A DNA stretch of 64,000 bases from an uncultured Nitrospiraceae bacterium (GCA_963706325.1 CAVPLT010000001.1:1024001-1088000), one strand, 5' to 3'; counted from the stretch's first letter, positions 50,581-61,353 are shown. Made by a program: numbers and translations. The notes: generated by a model from the letters alone, not told the origin.

Positions 50581-51804
50581 ATTCGTATCCTCATGTTCGA
50601 TAACGAATTCCCTCCGCTCGGGGGCGGCACCGGAGTGGTCAACTATTACCTGTTGCAGGAAATGGCACGGTCCCAGGATGTCACGGTGGATTTGGTGACG
50701 TCGTCGCGCAGCGGGACCGCCTATGAAACCGAACGGTTCGCTGACCGCATCACGATCTATAAGGTACCGGTCGACAACCGCAACATTCACCATGCGAGCA
50801 ACTTGGAATTGCTCCGGTACAGCTGGCGCGGCCTGCGCATGGCGCGGCGATTGTTGAAGCAACATCGGTATGACGTGAGTTTTGCCTTCGCCGGGGTGCC
50901 CGCCGGAGCGCTCAGCTATGTCTTGTCCTTGACCCACGGCCTGCCCTATGTGCTGTCGCTGCAGGGGCCCGATGTGCCGGGGTTTGAGGCGCGCTACAAC
51001 TACCTCTACCCTGTGTTGACGCCCCTGATAAAAAAGATCTGGCGGCGAGCGAGTGCTGTGACTGCCATCAGCGCCGAACAGGTGCTGTTGGCGCATCGGA
51101 CGATACCAGACCTGCCGCTGGTGACAATCCCCAACGGAGTCGAGACGAAATTATTTGCGCCCCCTTCCGACGAGGCGAAGCGGCCGTTCACAATCATCTG
51201 TGTGGCCCGCTTGATCGAACGCAAAGGGCAGCATCATCTATTGCGGGCCTTGGCACAGGTACGGGTGAACTGTGCGCATCCAGTGCGGCTGATATTTGTC
51301 GGGACCGGCGACGCCGAGGCGCAGTTGAGGGAATTAGCTGACAGCCTGCAGGTGGCGGATGCCGTGACCTTTAAGGGGTTCGTGTCGCGTGAACAGATGC
51401 CCCCCCTGTACCGAGAGGCGGATGTCTTTGTCTTGCCGTCTCAGCAGGAAGGCATGTCGATCGCGCTTCTCGAAGCAATGGCTTCGGGATTGCCGGTCAT
51501 TGTAACCGAAACGGGAGGCACCGCCGAATTGGTTACGCAGGGGCAGAACGGCGAGATCGTTCCGTGGAGCGATGTTCCGGCCCTGACCCAAGCGTTACAT
51601 AACATGCTGAATACAGAAAATGCCCGTCATCAGATGGGTGTCGAGAGTCGGCGAAGAGCGCTGCAGTTCGGTTGGCAGGTCTTGGCGGCACGCTACATCG
51701 AGTTGTGCGAGCGGGTGATGCTTCCGTCGGCGGAGAGCCAGCGGACGATCGGTCGCTCACGGCTCGATGTCCGAGATGATCTGCTCAAGGAACCTCGGGT
51801 ATGA
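50581..51804 (+). CDS. GT4 glycosyltransferase (start ATT 50581 or ATG 50593)
   Basis: NEFPPLGGG, IPNGV, RL..RKG, EGMSIALLEAM. Confidence 0.88.
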   Translation: MRILMFDNEFPPLGGGTGVVNYYLLQEMARSQDVTVDLVTSSRSGTAYETERFADRITIYKVPVDNRNIHHASNLELLRYSWRGLRMARRLLKQHRYDVSFAFAGVPAGALSYVLSLTHGLPYVLSLQGPDVPGFEARYNYLYPVLTPLIKKIWRRASAVTAISAEQVLLAHRTIPDLPLVTIPNGVETKLFAPPSDEAKRPFTIICVARLIERKGQHHLLRALAQVRVNCAHPVRLIFVGTGDAEAQLRELADSLQVADAVTFKGFVSREQMPPLYREADVFVLPSQQEGMSIALLEAMASGLPVIVTETGGTAELVTQGQNGEIVPWSDVPALTQALHNMLNTENARHQMGVESRRRALQFGWQVLAARYIELCERVMLPSAESQRTIGRSRLDVRDDLLKEPRV

Positions 51805-52910
51805 CAAAGCAGCCGCATGTCTGTATTCTGACCAGTCAGTATTTCGATTGGGGCATTTATGGCGGGTTCGGCAGCATGTCGCGCAAGCTGGCTGAAAGCC
51901 TGGTGGGGATCGGCTATCGAGTCAGCGTCATCGTTCCCGGGCGCCAAGGCCAGAAGCCGGTCGAGACGATCGGGGGAGTCGAGATTCAGAGCTTCTCGCC
52001 GCGCCACGTGCTCGAGGCTTGCCGGATCATCCGAGCCTCACGAGCCGATATTTTTCACTCGCAAGACCCCACCGTCCTGACCTACCTGGCGCAGCGCCTC
52101 CATCCACGTCGCACGCATCTCGTCACGAGTCGAGACCCCAGAGAACTGCATGACTGGTGGATCGAATTTCTCTATGCTACCCCGATGCGTCGCCTCCTGA
52201 CGCCGTTCAATTACTTGACCGAATCGGGTCTGTTCGTCAGGCAAGCCGTGCGTCGGGCCGATGGTGTCTTTTGCCCGGCACATTTTCTGAAGGAAAAAGT
52301 GAAACGATTATATGCCCTCTCGACGCTGCCGACCTTGCTGCCGAATCTCATTGATGTGCCCACGGTCCTGCCGCAGAAAAGTGAACGTCCCACCATGACG
52401 TTTGTAGCTCGATGGGACAAGCGTAAGCGGCCATGGATTTTTTTGGAATTGGCCAGACAGTTTCCTGACTATCGGTTTGTGGCGGTGGGACAGGGCAGCG
52501 CATCCGCCGAATTCGGATTCGACGCCGAGTTGCGTCTTCGTTTTCGTGACGTGCCGAATCTGGAAATGCCGGGCCTCATCAATCGTTTTCGCGAGCCGGA
52601 GCGCATGCACCAGATCTTGTCAGACACATGGATCTTCGTGAGTACGGCGGTGCGCGAGGGGCTTCCCTTGACCTTTCTCGAAGCGGCGGCCTATGGATGC
52701 CCCATTATCAGTCGTGTCGATCCCGATCAATTCGCCACGAAGTTCGGCAAACAAGTGCATGACGACGACTATCCCTCCGCCATTCGAAGTCTCCTCGCGG
52801 ACGCGCCGCTGGAGAAAGGGCGGGCCGCCTATAACTATGTGCGGGACACCTACGAAACGTCCAAGGCCTTAGAGGCCCATCGGCAACAATATGAGGGCTT
52901 TGCTGCCTGA
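51801..52910 (+). CDS. GT4 glycosyltransferase
   Basis: GGFG, R....K, EGLPLTFLEA. Confidence 0.85.
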   Translation: MTKQPHVCILTSQYFDWGIYGGFGSMSRKLAESLVGIGYRVSVIVPGRQGQKPVETIGGVEIQSFSPRHVLEACRIIRASRADIFHSQDPTVLTYLAQRLHPRRTHLVTSRDPRELHDWWIEFLYATPMRRLLTPFNYLTESGLFVRQAVRRADGVFCPAHFLKEKVKRLYALSTLPTLLPNLIDVPTVLPQKSERPTMTFVARWDKRKRPWIFLELARQFPDYRFVAVGQGSASAEFGFDAELRLRFRDVPNLEMPGLINRFREPERMHQILSDTWIFVSTAVREGLPLTFLEAAAYGCPIISRVDPDQFATKFGKQVHDDDYPSAIRSLLADAPLEKGRAAYNYVRDTYETSKALEAHRQQYEGFAA

Positions 52911-52970
52911 CTCGCCCAAAGGTCGCTGCGCCAGCTGAAACAACGGCCTATTGAGGTGGTAGATACTTGC

Positions 52971-54512
52971 ATGTCTTCTAAGGCCGTCTCGAAGGGGATC
53001 GTCTCAGTCGGAAGTTGGTCGGTCGCGAAATTGGCGACGGCCGCCGTGGTGCTGCCGATCTTGGCGCGTCTTCTCGGTATCGAGGGGTATGGGCAATATG
53101 CCTACTATCTCGCCGTTCTCCTCCTCGCTTCCCAATTTGCCAATGTCGGCATGATGCAGACCATGACCAAACGTGTCGCGGAGCGACCGGATGATCTTGC
53201 CTGGTGCCGAGCGGTGGCGCAGGCGGGCGCCCTCATCAATGGAATGGGCGTGGCTATCGTCGGCCTCTTGGTGGGCCTGATCCTGGTCAGCACTGGGCCA
53301 CAAGGGACGGCTGCCGTTGTGACCGCCTGCGTTGTCGTGGGTGTGTTGCTATTCGATCAAGTGTGGTTTTATGCGCGCGGGATTTTGTTCGGGCTCCGAC
53401 GCGAGGAACGCGCGGCGATACCCGGTATCATCGGCGTCGTGACGGCGGGCGCCCTCGGCGTGACGTTCGCGATAAGCGGTATGGGAGTGGTCGGCGCTTT
53501 GATGGGGCTGCTAGTGGCGGACATCTTTGTTGCGGTGGTGTGTCTCCGGTCGGTCATGCATGTGCTCCAGGGAGCAGAGCGCGCCCAGTCGGCTCCCGTG
53601 ATACCTCTGCCGACACAAGAGTTGCTGCGATTTGGCCTGGCCGCCATGGTCTTCTCGGTGTTGAACATGGCCCTCTGTGCACTCGATGTGATTCTAGTTC
53701 GCCATTTGGCTGGTGGAGCGCAAGCCGGGCTCTATGCGGCGGCCGTCCAGTGGTCGCAGTTCGTGTGGTTTATCCCGATTGCGGTAGAGGGCGTCATGCT
53801 TCAGTCGACGGCTCGTTTATGGGCCGAACGGCGGGTAGGGGACGTGAGCAGTCTAGTGAGTCGGCTCCTGCGGTATGTGATGTTGGGCACCGCCTTCTTG
53901 CTTCTGATTGTGTTTGCGTTAGGCGATCAGATTGTCATTCTCTATTTCGGACCACAATTCGCCGAGGCTGCCTTGGCATTGCGGTTGCTGGTGCCTGGCG
54001 CGTTCTGTTATGCGATGGCGCGTGTGTTGTGGCCGGTGATTCAAGCCGGAGGCGACGGAGCACATCTCATCCGGGTGATGGGGCCGACGGTGCTGGTGGA
54101 TGTCGGATTATGCTGGGTTTTGGTCCCGAGGTGGGGAGCGGCGGGCGCGGCGCTGGCCACCTCAGCATCCTTTGCGCTGGTGGCGGTCGGGTATGCCTGG
54201 GTGTTGCGCCGTCGGGAGGTCCATATCTTCGAGAGCTGGGCCATTTCTAAGCTAGTGGGTCTTCTGGCAGGAGCAGGGGTGGCTGCCGCGGGTGGCGCTG
54301 CAATGATCGATGCGCCGATTCTATCAGTGATGGTGGGGAGCGCGGTCGGTGCGTTGGTGTATTGGAGCGGCATCTTTTGGCTTGGGCTCCTGCAGGTCGA
54401 GGAAGTCGAACAATTGGTACACAGTCTGCCGGGGGTCTTGCGGCAGACGGGAGTGAAAGTGTTTCGCTGGCTGGAACCGGCGCTGCTAAAGCTTAGACCA
54501 ACGGCATTATAG
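52971..54512 (+). CDS. Wzx/MATE-like oligosaccharide flippase
   Basis: LARLLG..GYG, D......G...AGLY, P.WG..GAA.AT; many TMs. Confidence 0.85.
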   Translation: MSSKAVSKGIVSVGSWSVAKLATAAVVLPILARLLGIEGYGQYAYYLAVLLLASQFANVGMMQTMTKRVAERPDDLAWCRAVAQAGALINGMGVAIVGLLVGLILVSTGPQGTAAVVTACVVVGVLLFDQVWFYARGILFGLRREERAAIPGIIGVVTAGALGVTFAISGMGVVGALMGLLVADIFVAVVCLRSVMHVLQGAERAQSAPVIPLPTQELLRFGLAAMVFSVLNMALCALDVILVRHLAGGAQAGLYAAAVQWSQFVWFIPIAVEGVMLQSTARLWAERRVGDVSSLVSRLLRYVMLGTAFLLLIVFALGDQIVILYFGPQFAEAALALRLLVPGAFCYAMARVLWPVIQAGGDGAHLIRVMGPTVLVDVGLCWVLVPRWGAAGAALATSASFALVAVGYAWVLRRREVHIFESWAISKLVGLLAGAGVAAAGGAAMIDAPILSVMVGSAVGALVYWSGIFWLGLLQVEEVEQLVHSLPGVLRQTGVKVFRWLEPALLKLRPTAL

Positions 54513-54532
54513 TAGAGGCTGAGTTTCGCATC

Positions 54533-55441
54533 TTGCCTATCGATCAACACAGAATATCGGTTGTCATCCCGACTCTTGGACGAGACACTTTGGCCTTGTG
54601 TCAGGCGGCCTTGGCAAAGCAGACCAGGCAGCCGGAGGAAGTGATCGTTGTGGTCGACCAGTATCGACGCGGGGCGGCCTGGGCCAGAAATGAAGGGATC
54701 GCCAGATCGTCCGGCGATCTGATTGCGTTTGCCGATGACGATGGCATTCCGCCCCCCGATTGGCTGGAACGGTTAGTCGACGCGCTGGATCGTCACCAAG
54801 CAGCTGTCGTGGGAGGCACGTTTCAGGAGACGGATCCGCTCTTGGACGCGATTCGTCGTCGTACACGCTTACCAGATCACGAGCAGGTCGACCGAGGAGG
54901 CCTGGTCGGCAACGGCGGCAACATGCTGGTCAACCGGGACTGGTTGAACATCTGCATGCGAGAGGACGGATATGCCTTCAATCCATCTTTCCCGGGATCC
55001 GGCGAGGATTGGGAACTTGTATGGCGACTGCGAAAACGCGGAGCCAAATTGGTCTATGTGCCCCAACCGATCACCCATTTGCGCCGGGCGACGGCAGTAC
55101 AACACCTTCGCCATTCGTTCCACCGGGGGATTGGCATCGCAAATCTATTTCGTCTCATGCGAATGGATGAGAGCGGCGTCATTCCTCAAGATAGTCTGCT
55201 ATGGGGCCAGGCAGGCAAGAAAACCCATCCGCGATGGTTCAAAGCTCTGTGGGAGAAACTACTCGGCCCGTTTGAATGGAGACGATTTCAGCAGATGCGG
55301 CATTTTGGGCTGTTTTGGCTTGGCGAGAAGTGTCAGGCTGCCGGGTTTCTCTGGGGGCTATGGAGAGGAGCGATGAGGGAAGAAGGTGCGCCCGGCGCAG
55401 TCAGAACATCCGATCCTCATACGGTGGAATCCAAATCATGA
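54533..55441 (+). CDS. GT2 glycosyltransferase
   Basis: SVVIPT, ARN.G, DDD, GED. Confidence 0.85.
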   Translation: MPIDQHRISVVIPTLGRDTLALCQAALAKQTRQPEEVIVVVDQYRRGAAWARNEGIARSSGDLIAFADDDGIPPPDWLERLVDALDRHQAAVVGGTFQETDPLLDAIRRRTRLPDHEQVDRGGLVGNGGNMLVNRDWLNICMREDGYAFNPSFPGSGEDWELVWRLRKRGAKLVYVPQPITHLRRATAVQHLRHSFHRGIGIANLFRLMRMDESGVIPQDSLLWGQAGKKTHPRWFKALWEKLLGPFEWRRFQQMRHFGLFWLGEKCQAAGFLWGLWRGAMREEGAPGAVRTSDPHTVESKS

Positions 55442-56772
55442 GTGACGTGTCTCTGCGTACGAAGGCCTGGTTCGGGGATGACATTCTCGCGATTGACTTT
55501 CCACCCTCCTGGAAAGTCGTCGAAGTTGGCCCTTCGGATACACCGGCCTTGACGCTACGGGCAATGCAGGAGGCGTTGGGTCGGCCGATCGGCACGCCGC
55601 GGCTCTCGGCAATCGCAAAAGGCAAAACCAAGGCCGTCATCGTGGTCGACGATCTCACTCGCCCCACACCCGCTGCCGATCTGCTTCCGTCGCTTGTCGA
55701 AGAAGTGACTCGTGCAGGCATTCCGCCTCGCGCGATCACGATCATGCTCGCGGGTGGCACGCATCCTCCGGCATCCGCGGAAGAGATGACGAAAAAGGTG
55801 GGCTCAGTGCTTTCGCCTGAAATCAGGGTCATGGCGCATGACAGTGGTGGTGATCTGGTGGATCTCGGCCTGTCTCCAGGCGGCCTGCCGCTTCAACTCA
55901 ACCGTACTGTGATGGAGTGCGATCTCAAGATCGGAGTGGGATGCATTTACCCCCATCCGATCGCCGGGTTTTCAGGCGGAGCGAAGATCATTCTGCCGGC
56001 GGTCTGCGGCGTCGACACGACGAGGATGATGCATGACTATCTGCGAGGGTCCCGCGAGCGTGGAGGCTCGATCCATACCGAGTTGCGCCGGGACATGATC
56101 GCCGTAGCTCGAAAAGTAGGACTCGACTTCATCGCAAATGTCACGCTGAACCACCGACGCGCGATCAACGGCCTCTTTGTGGGCGATGTTGTGCAGGCGC
56201 ATGAGGAAGGTGTCCGTTCGGCACAGCGGATGTACGGGGTGTCCGTACTGCCTGACGCCGATGTGGTGGTGGCCGACATGTACCCCTTCGATACCAGCTG
56301 GCAATTCGCTCAGGACCGTGGCATGTGGCCCATTGAACGGGCCAAGACGGGTGCGTCTCGAGTGGTGATTGCCGCCTGTCCCCTCGGATTGGGTACCCAT
56401 GAGTTATTTCCGGTGGCCAGTCCTCTCTGGTCGCGTATCGCCCGGCGCCTCACGCACCTTCGGTTGGCCGATCTGGAGCGACCATGGGAAAAAGTAAGGA
56501 CGGTGGTCAAGCTGCTGCAGCAGAAACAGCAGCACATGATGGCTCTTTCTCCTGGCTTGAAGCCGCATGATTTAACGGCCATGTTTCCTCATGCCCAATG
56601 GTATGGAGAGTGGGCGACGCTGAAGGCCGCCTTGCTGGCGCGGCACGGCGAGGGACACGTGACCGTGGCGGTCTACCGTTGTGCTCCGTTTCTCATTCCG
56701 AGCGGAGCGCTCGAGCCGCAAGCCATCAAGGCAGGCAGTCGCCATCCCCAACGACTGACTGCCTCGACATGA
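55438..56772 (+). CDS. LarA/DUF2088 family nickel-pincer racemase/epimerase homologue
   Basis: PIG, DLTRPTP, GTH, PHPIAGFSGGAK, downstream His. Confidence 0.82.
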   Translation: MSDVSLRTKAWFGDDILAIDFPPSWKVVEVGPSDTPALTLRAMQEALGRPIGTPRLSAIAKGKTKAVIVVDDLTRPTPAADLLPSLVEEVTRAGIPPRAITIMLAGGTHPPASAEEMTKKVGSVLSPEIRVMAHDSGGDLVDLGLSPGGLPLQLNRTVMECDLKIGVGCIYPHPIAGFSGGAKIILPAVCGVDTTRMMHDYLRGSRERGGSIHTELRRDMIAVARKVGLDFIANVTLNHRRAINGLFVGDVVQAHEEGVRSAQRMYGVSVLPDADVVVADMYPFDTSWQFAQDRGMWPIERAKTGASRVVIAACPLGLGTHELFPVASPLWSRIARRLTHLRLADLERPWEKVRTVVKLLQQKQQHMMALSPGLKPHDLTAMFPHAQWYGEWATLKAALLARHGEGHVTVAVYRCAPFLIPSGALEPQAIKAGSRHPQRLTAST

Positions 56773-56785
56773 GTGGTGAGTTACC

Positions 56786-57658
56786 ATGAATCGCGGCATC
56801 TGGCTTTGGTTGGAAGTGGCCTTCGATACGCTGATGTTTGCGCCCTATCTGTTGCGGGGGAATTTTTCGTCACGCAGAAAAGTCGGCATCCTGCTGACTT
56901 ACTTCCGCCTGAGTCTCAGGCTGCTACTGATCCATCCGTTCCGCCCCCTTACAGAGGAGAAGGTCTTCGGATTCACCATCCGCTGTTTCAACTATCGGAC
57001 CATGCATCTGCTGTTCAGAGTTATTCTCTTGCGCAATGAATATTATTTTAAGACGTCCAAAGCGCGACCGGTCATTTTCGATTGTGGCGCCAACATTGGC
57101 CTGGCGACTCTCTTTTTCAAGTGGTTGTACCCTCAAGCTGTGATCTATGCGTTCGAGCCGGACATCGATACGTTTGCCCTGTTGAAGCGCAATGTTGAGG
57201 CCAACAGTCTGACGGCGGTGCATCTCTACAATGTGGCGTTATCCGATAAGGCAGGCACGGCCGAATTTCATGTGGATCACGCGAATCCAGGATCCTTGCG
57301 GATGAGTCTGAATTACCAGCGCATGCCAAAAGACACTATTACGGTCGAGACTCTGGCACTTTCAGAGTTGATTCGCAGAGAGTTGCCGGAAACCGACATC
57401 GATTTTCTCAAGCTCGACGTCGAAGGGGCGGAGGATGCAGTGCTACGGGATCTCGCGAGCACGGGCCGACTGAAGGCGATACGGGAAATGTTGATCGAGT
57501 TCCACCACAAAATCGGCGGCGAGCGAGCAAAATTAGGGCATTTTCTAGGCACGCTCGAGACGCAGGGTTTTGACTATCAAGTCGATGCGGTGTGCATGCC
57601 GCTCTATGCTCCCGGCCGGTTTCAAAACATCATGCTGTATGTCTATCGAGCCGCGTGA
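56786..57658 (+). CDS. FkbM-family methyltransferase
   Basis: DCGANIG, AFEP, KLDVEGAE. Confidence 0.9.
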   Translation: MNRGIWLWLEVAFDTLMFAPYLLRGNFSSRRKVGILLTYFRLSLRLLLIHPFRPLTEEKVFGFTIRCFNYRTMHLLFRVILLRNEYYFKTSKARPVIFDCGANIGLATLFFKWLYPQAVIYAFEPDIDTFALLKRNVEANSLTAVHLYNVALSDKAGTAEFHVDHANPGSLRMSLNYQRMPKDTITVETLALSELIRRELPETDIDFLKLDVEGAEDAVLRDLASTGRLKAIREMLIEFHHKIGGERAKLGHFLGTLETQGFDYQVDAVCMPLYAPGRFQNIMLYVYRAA

Positions 57659-57711
57659 CCTGCTGCCGCTTGATCGTGACCTGACATTGGTTTTCCTGAA
57701 ATTTTTTCTCT

Positions 57712-59292
57712 ATGGCAATGCTTGTCGCGACAGGTTCACTCAAACTCATCAGCCGGATCGAACGCGCCTCCGCTAGGACGGACCGCGTCGTAGCCGGGGT
57801 TCTTTTTCTGATCGTGTTGGGAAGCGGCCTCGTTCATCTCGAAAGCTTTCCCCCGCTCTGGTTCGATGAAGGGTGGACGGTCTGTGTCGCGCGCACGTGG
57901 GTCGAGATGGGGCACTACGGTTGTCTGCTCCGTGGCGAACCGGCCGCCCCGGTGCTGTCGGCCCATTTTCCCGTGGTCGCCTCGGTGGCCGCAAGTTTCA
58001 AGCTCTTTGGTATCGGTATCTGGCAGGCGAGAGTGGTCGGCTTGCTCTATACGTTCGGCGCCTTCCTCCTTCTCTATACAATCGCGCGACGACTCTTCAG
58101 TCGGCCTGTGGCCATCGTGGCGCTCGGGCTCCTGATTCTCGTTCCAGTGAAATGGTCGATCCATCCCCTCTTTATAGGACGTCAGGTGTTGGGCGAGATG
58201 CCCATGTTATGTTTCCTTCTGGCCGGGTACGCCTGCCTGCTGCGGATCGATGATGGTCGACGTTGGCTTGCTGCGGCGATCGCCTGCTGGAGTCTGGCGT
58301 GGATGACCAAGTCTCAACTGGCCCCGTTCTTCATTGCTTCTCTGGCAGGGACGGCAGCGTTGGTTGGCCTCCGTGGGGACTGGTCCACCGCTCGTCAGCT
58401 GGGGCTGCTCTTGGGTGGCTCGTGGGGCGGGTACCGGCTCCTGGTAGTGGCGAAGGAATTGGTGTTAGCGGGTCATACAGTCCCGAATCCCCCTGCAAGT
58501 GGAATGACGGAAGCGATCGCTCTGGTCTTCGTGCCGTCGATTCGCCTGGAGACGATTCAATACATGGTGGCGTTCTGGCCGGAATATACGATTGGCTTGG
58601 GTTATGCGGCCTGGGGTCTGTGGCGTTCTTGCCCTGCGCACGGGCGGCGGCCGTTCGAACAGACCGTCCGCACTATGCTCCTGTTGTTGGCAACCAGCTG
58701 GCTGGCGTGGTTTGCCCTGCTCTGTGCGGGCGAGACGCGATATGCCTTCCCTGGCCTGTTCGTTGCCGCTCCATTCACTGCGGCTCTATTCTGCGAGCTC
58801 ACCAAAGGATTCGACGCCGCATTTGTGCGAGACGTCCTGTCGGCACTCGTGCGAACCGGACACGTCACCAGAGATGGGGTAAAAGTCGTATTGACCGTCG
58901 CACTCCTTTTCGTGATGGGCTGGGTCGTCGTGCAGGAGCGGTATGCGTTTCGTGCGCGAGAGGATGCGCGCGACCTAAATGATGTGATCGCCTATCTGCA
59001 TGCTGCCACACCGGCGACCGCGCTGATTGAGACGTACGACAGCGAGCTGTTTTTGTTTCTCAACCGCCGCTACACCTATGCTCCACCGCAGGCATTGGTC
59101 GAGGTGATTCTTCGGGAGCAAAAGATAAACCAGGCGGTCACCTACGATCCGTTGCTGGCGAAGCCCAATTACATGGTCGTCGGTGAGTATGGCCGCTGGG
59201 CGGGGTTCTACAAACCTCTGATCACGCAGCACCGTGTAAGGCTCGTGCAAGCTATCGGGCGCTACGAGATCTACGAACCGGTCGGATTCTAG
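57712..59292 (+). CDS. GT-C (ArnT/PMT-like) membrane glycosyltransferase
   Basis: WFDEG after TM1, multiple TMs, RY motif. Confidence 0.8.
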   Translation: MAMLVATGSLKLISRIERASARTDRVVAGVLFLIVLGSGLVHLESFPPLWFDEGWTVCVARTWVEMGHYGCLLRGEPAAPVLSAHFPVVASVAASFKLFGIGIWQARVVGLLYTFGAFLLLYTIARRLFSRPVAIVALGLLILVPVKWSIHPLFIGRQVLGEMPMLCFLLAGYACLLRIDDGRRWLAAAIACWSLAWMTKSQLAPFFIASLAGTAALVGLRGDWSTARQLGLLLGGSWGGYRLLVVAKELVLAGHTVPNPPASGMTEAIALVFVPSIRLETIQYMVAFWPEYTIGLGYAAWGLWRSCPAHGRRPFEQTVRTMLLLLATSWLAWFALLCAGETRYAFPGLFVAAPFTAALFCELTKGFDAAFVRDVLSALVRTGHVTRDGVKVVLTVALLFVMGWVVVQERYAFRAREDARDLNDVIAYLHAATPATALIETYDSELFLFLNRRYTYAPPQALVEVILREQKINQAVTYDPLLAKPNYMVVGEYGRWAGFYKPLITQHRVRLVQAIGRYEIYEPVGF

Positions 59293-59328
59293 TAGCCGAT
59301 CCAAACGCGCGTTGCCCTCGCCGATTCC

Positions 59329-60339
59329 TCATCTGTTGCCGGTCGATTTCTGATGGGCCGTTTCGACGAGCCGTCTAATGGCAGTGATGACAAGTTCCGG
59401 CTGGTCGAATTGAATAAAGTGGCCGCTCTGGTCGGCGAAGACTTGGCGACTGTTCGATGAAAGTTTGGTCAGATCCTCCTGGAGTTCCAGCCACATTTTT
59501 CTGAACTTGACGGGGTTCACCTCGCCTGGCATGTCCGGCCACCAGACAGGGCCGGTCGCGGTCAGAACGGCTAGCGGAAGATCGCCGAGTGGGCCGACGT
59601 GTCGAACTTGTTCCAGCGTCTCTATCAACGCGTCTCCCTCATCACTCAGCGCCCTGGTATAGCTCGTCCGCAGCCACCCGGCACGTAGCATGGATCGAAC
59701 CTTCTCCGGTACGCGGTCCTCCTGTTGACTGAAAAACTGCGGCAGACTCCCGAACGACGCGACGATTCGAGGGACGCCCAGGACCGCCATCGCGCGGATG
59801 GCAGGAAGCATCGACTTGCCGGTATTGACGAAGGTTCTGAATTCGGCCTGCCGCATTTCCGATTCATGCCCCGCATCGACCAAGACCATGCCCACGATAT
59901 CAGCGGGATGCTCCTCTCGGTAGAGCCGGGCGACGAAGCCGCCGAGCGAGTGGCCCACAAGAATGTAGGGGCCGGAGATGCCTGCGCGCGTCAGCAATTG
60001 ATGAAGTTCTCGTGCCATGCGCTGTCCCGTGCGAGGTAAAGGGCCGCGCTCGCTCCATCCGAGACCGGCTCGATCATAGGCGCAGACCCTGGTTATCTTG
60101 GCCACGTCGGGCTGCACCAGACTCCAGTAGAGCGACCAGCCAGGCGCCGCGGCCTCCAGCACAACCGTCGGGCTTCCTGTGCCCATGCAATAGAGGTGGA
60201 GGCGGTGACCACCGACATCGATCATCTGCCCAGGAGGCGGATAGTGCGATCGATCGAGCACCATACCCGCGAACTGGTAGCCCATGCCGGCGATCATGAA
60301 AAGGATGAGCGCACTGAACAGCCATTTGAGAATGTGCAT
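59329..60339 (-). CDS. Alpha/beta hydrolase
   Basis: YDRAG.G.S, GHSLGG, SGH. Confidence 0.88.
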   Translation of the reverse strand: MHILKWLFSALILFMIAGMGYQFAGMVLDRSHYPPPGQMIDVGGHRLHLYCMGTGSPTVVLEAAAPGWSLYWSLVQPDVAKITRVCAYDRAGLGWSERGPLPRTGQRMARELHQLLTRAGISGPYILVGHSLGGFVARLYREEHPADIVGMVLVDAGHESEMRQAEFRTFVNTGKSMLPAIRAMAVLGVPRIVASFGSLPQFFSQQEDRVPEKVRSMLRAGWLRTSYTRALSDEGDALIETLEQVRHVGPLGDLPLAVLTATGPVWWPDMPGEVNPVKFRKMWLELQEDLTKLSSNSRQVFADQSGHFIQFDQPELVITAIRRLVETAHQKSTGNR

Positions 60340-60602
60340 GGGGACTATGATCCATCGTTATGGGTCGCGGAAGCAAATGGGCGATACAATGCCTCGCTCA
60401 GAGATCAGGAGTTCGGCATCACTCAATCTGGGGAATCGAATATTCTGAAGGTCGCCATCGGTAGGAATTGAGCTCAAACCCCACATGAAAGAAACGCGGC
60501 TCGCGAAGCCAGTCTATTTGATAGGGAAAGCCACGCCAGTTCTGACGCATGGGTTAGTCGTTTTAGGGGAGCGATTAGCTCACCCCTGGAGGACTACTTG
60601 GT

Positions 60603-61001
60603 TTAGACCGAATAGTGTCCTTGCAGGTGGTCGCGCTGGAAACGCACAATGTATCTGATCAACAGCTCCCTGTTCTGTGTCGTCATCCTGACAAAGCGGG
60701 CATGGAGGCGGTACGTATTACCGGGAGGTTGGGCAGGATCAAGCCGCAAGACTTCGATAGGAGATTTGAAATGAACGTGGTCGGGAAGGAGCAGCGTGAG
60801 CCAAAGGACTTCATGGGGTTCGTAGATTGTAGTGACCGTCACACCGATACCGCCGCCACTGAGGCTGACAGATTTCTCGATGCACGCACCTTCTCGGTTG
60901 TCCGTTTCGACCTGAATGCAGATGGGCAGAACGACGGTGATACGATAATATTCGCGGCGTTCTCTTCCTGACGTCTGTGATGACGGTGTATCGGGCGACA
61001 T
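60603..61001 (-). CDS. PilZ-domain protein
   Basis: RREYYR and SLSGGG c-di-GMP-binding-type motifs. Confidence 0.8.
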   Translation of the reverse strand: MSPDTPSSQTSGRERREYYRITVVLPICIQVETDNREGACIEKSVSLSGGGIGVTVTTIYEPHEVLWLTLLLPDHVHFKSPIEVLRLDPAQPPGNTYRLHARFVRMTTQNRELLIRYIVRFQRDHLQGHYSV

Positions 61002-61353
61002 GACGTGAGCAAGTATAGCAAAGTTGGCAGATTACGAGGATGTCCGCATGCGCTCCATCGACCGGATCGCTGTGAGGGTGTGGAGCTGAGTCACCCCCGG
61101 CGTGGGTGATTAGTTCCCATCGTGTGATGCCAGCGGCGCAGGCTTTTCAAATTGGGCAATTTCGTTTTTCGATTGAAGAGGCTTTTCTATTGAAGAGATA
61201 GTTTCCGATCACGCCGTAGCGATCGTAATCGACGAGGGACGATCGGACAACAAAAAGCGGAGGCGACGCCCGTATCGTATCGATCCCTAACCCTATTTTG
61301 TCTGCTCCGGTGAGACCAGGCTAGCTGATTCCTTTTATGATAGTATCCCGCGC

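Noticed and set aside
60340..61350. c-di-GMP riboswitch near the PilZ gene
   Set aside because: A hairpin exists at ~61084-61108, but the class I/II consensus elements were not found
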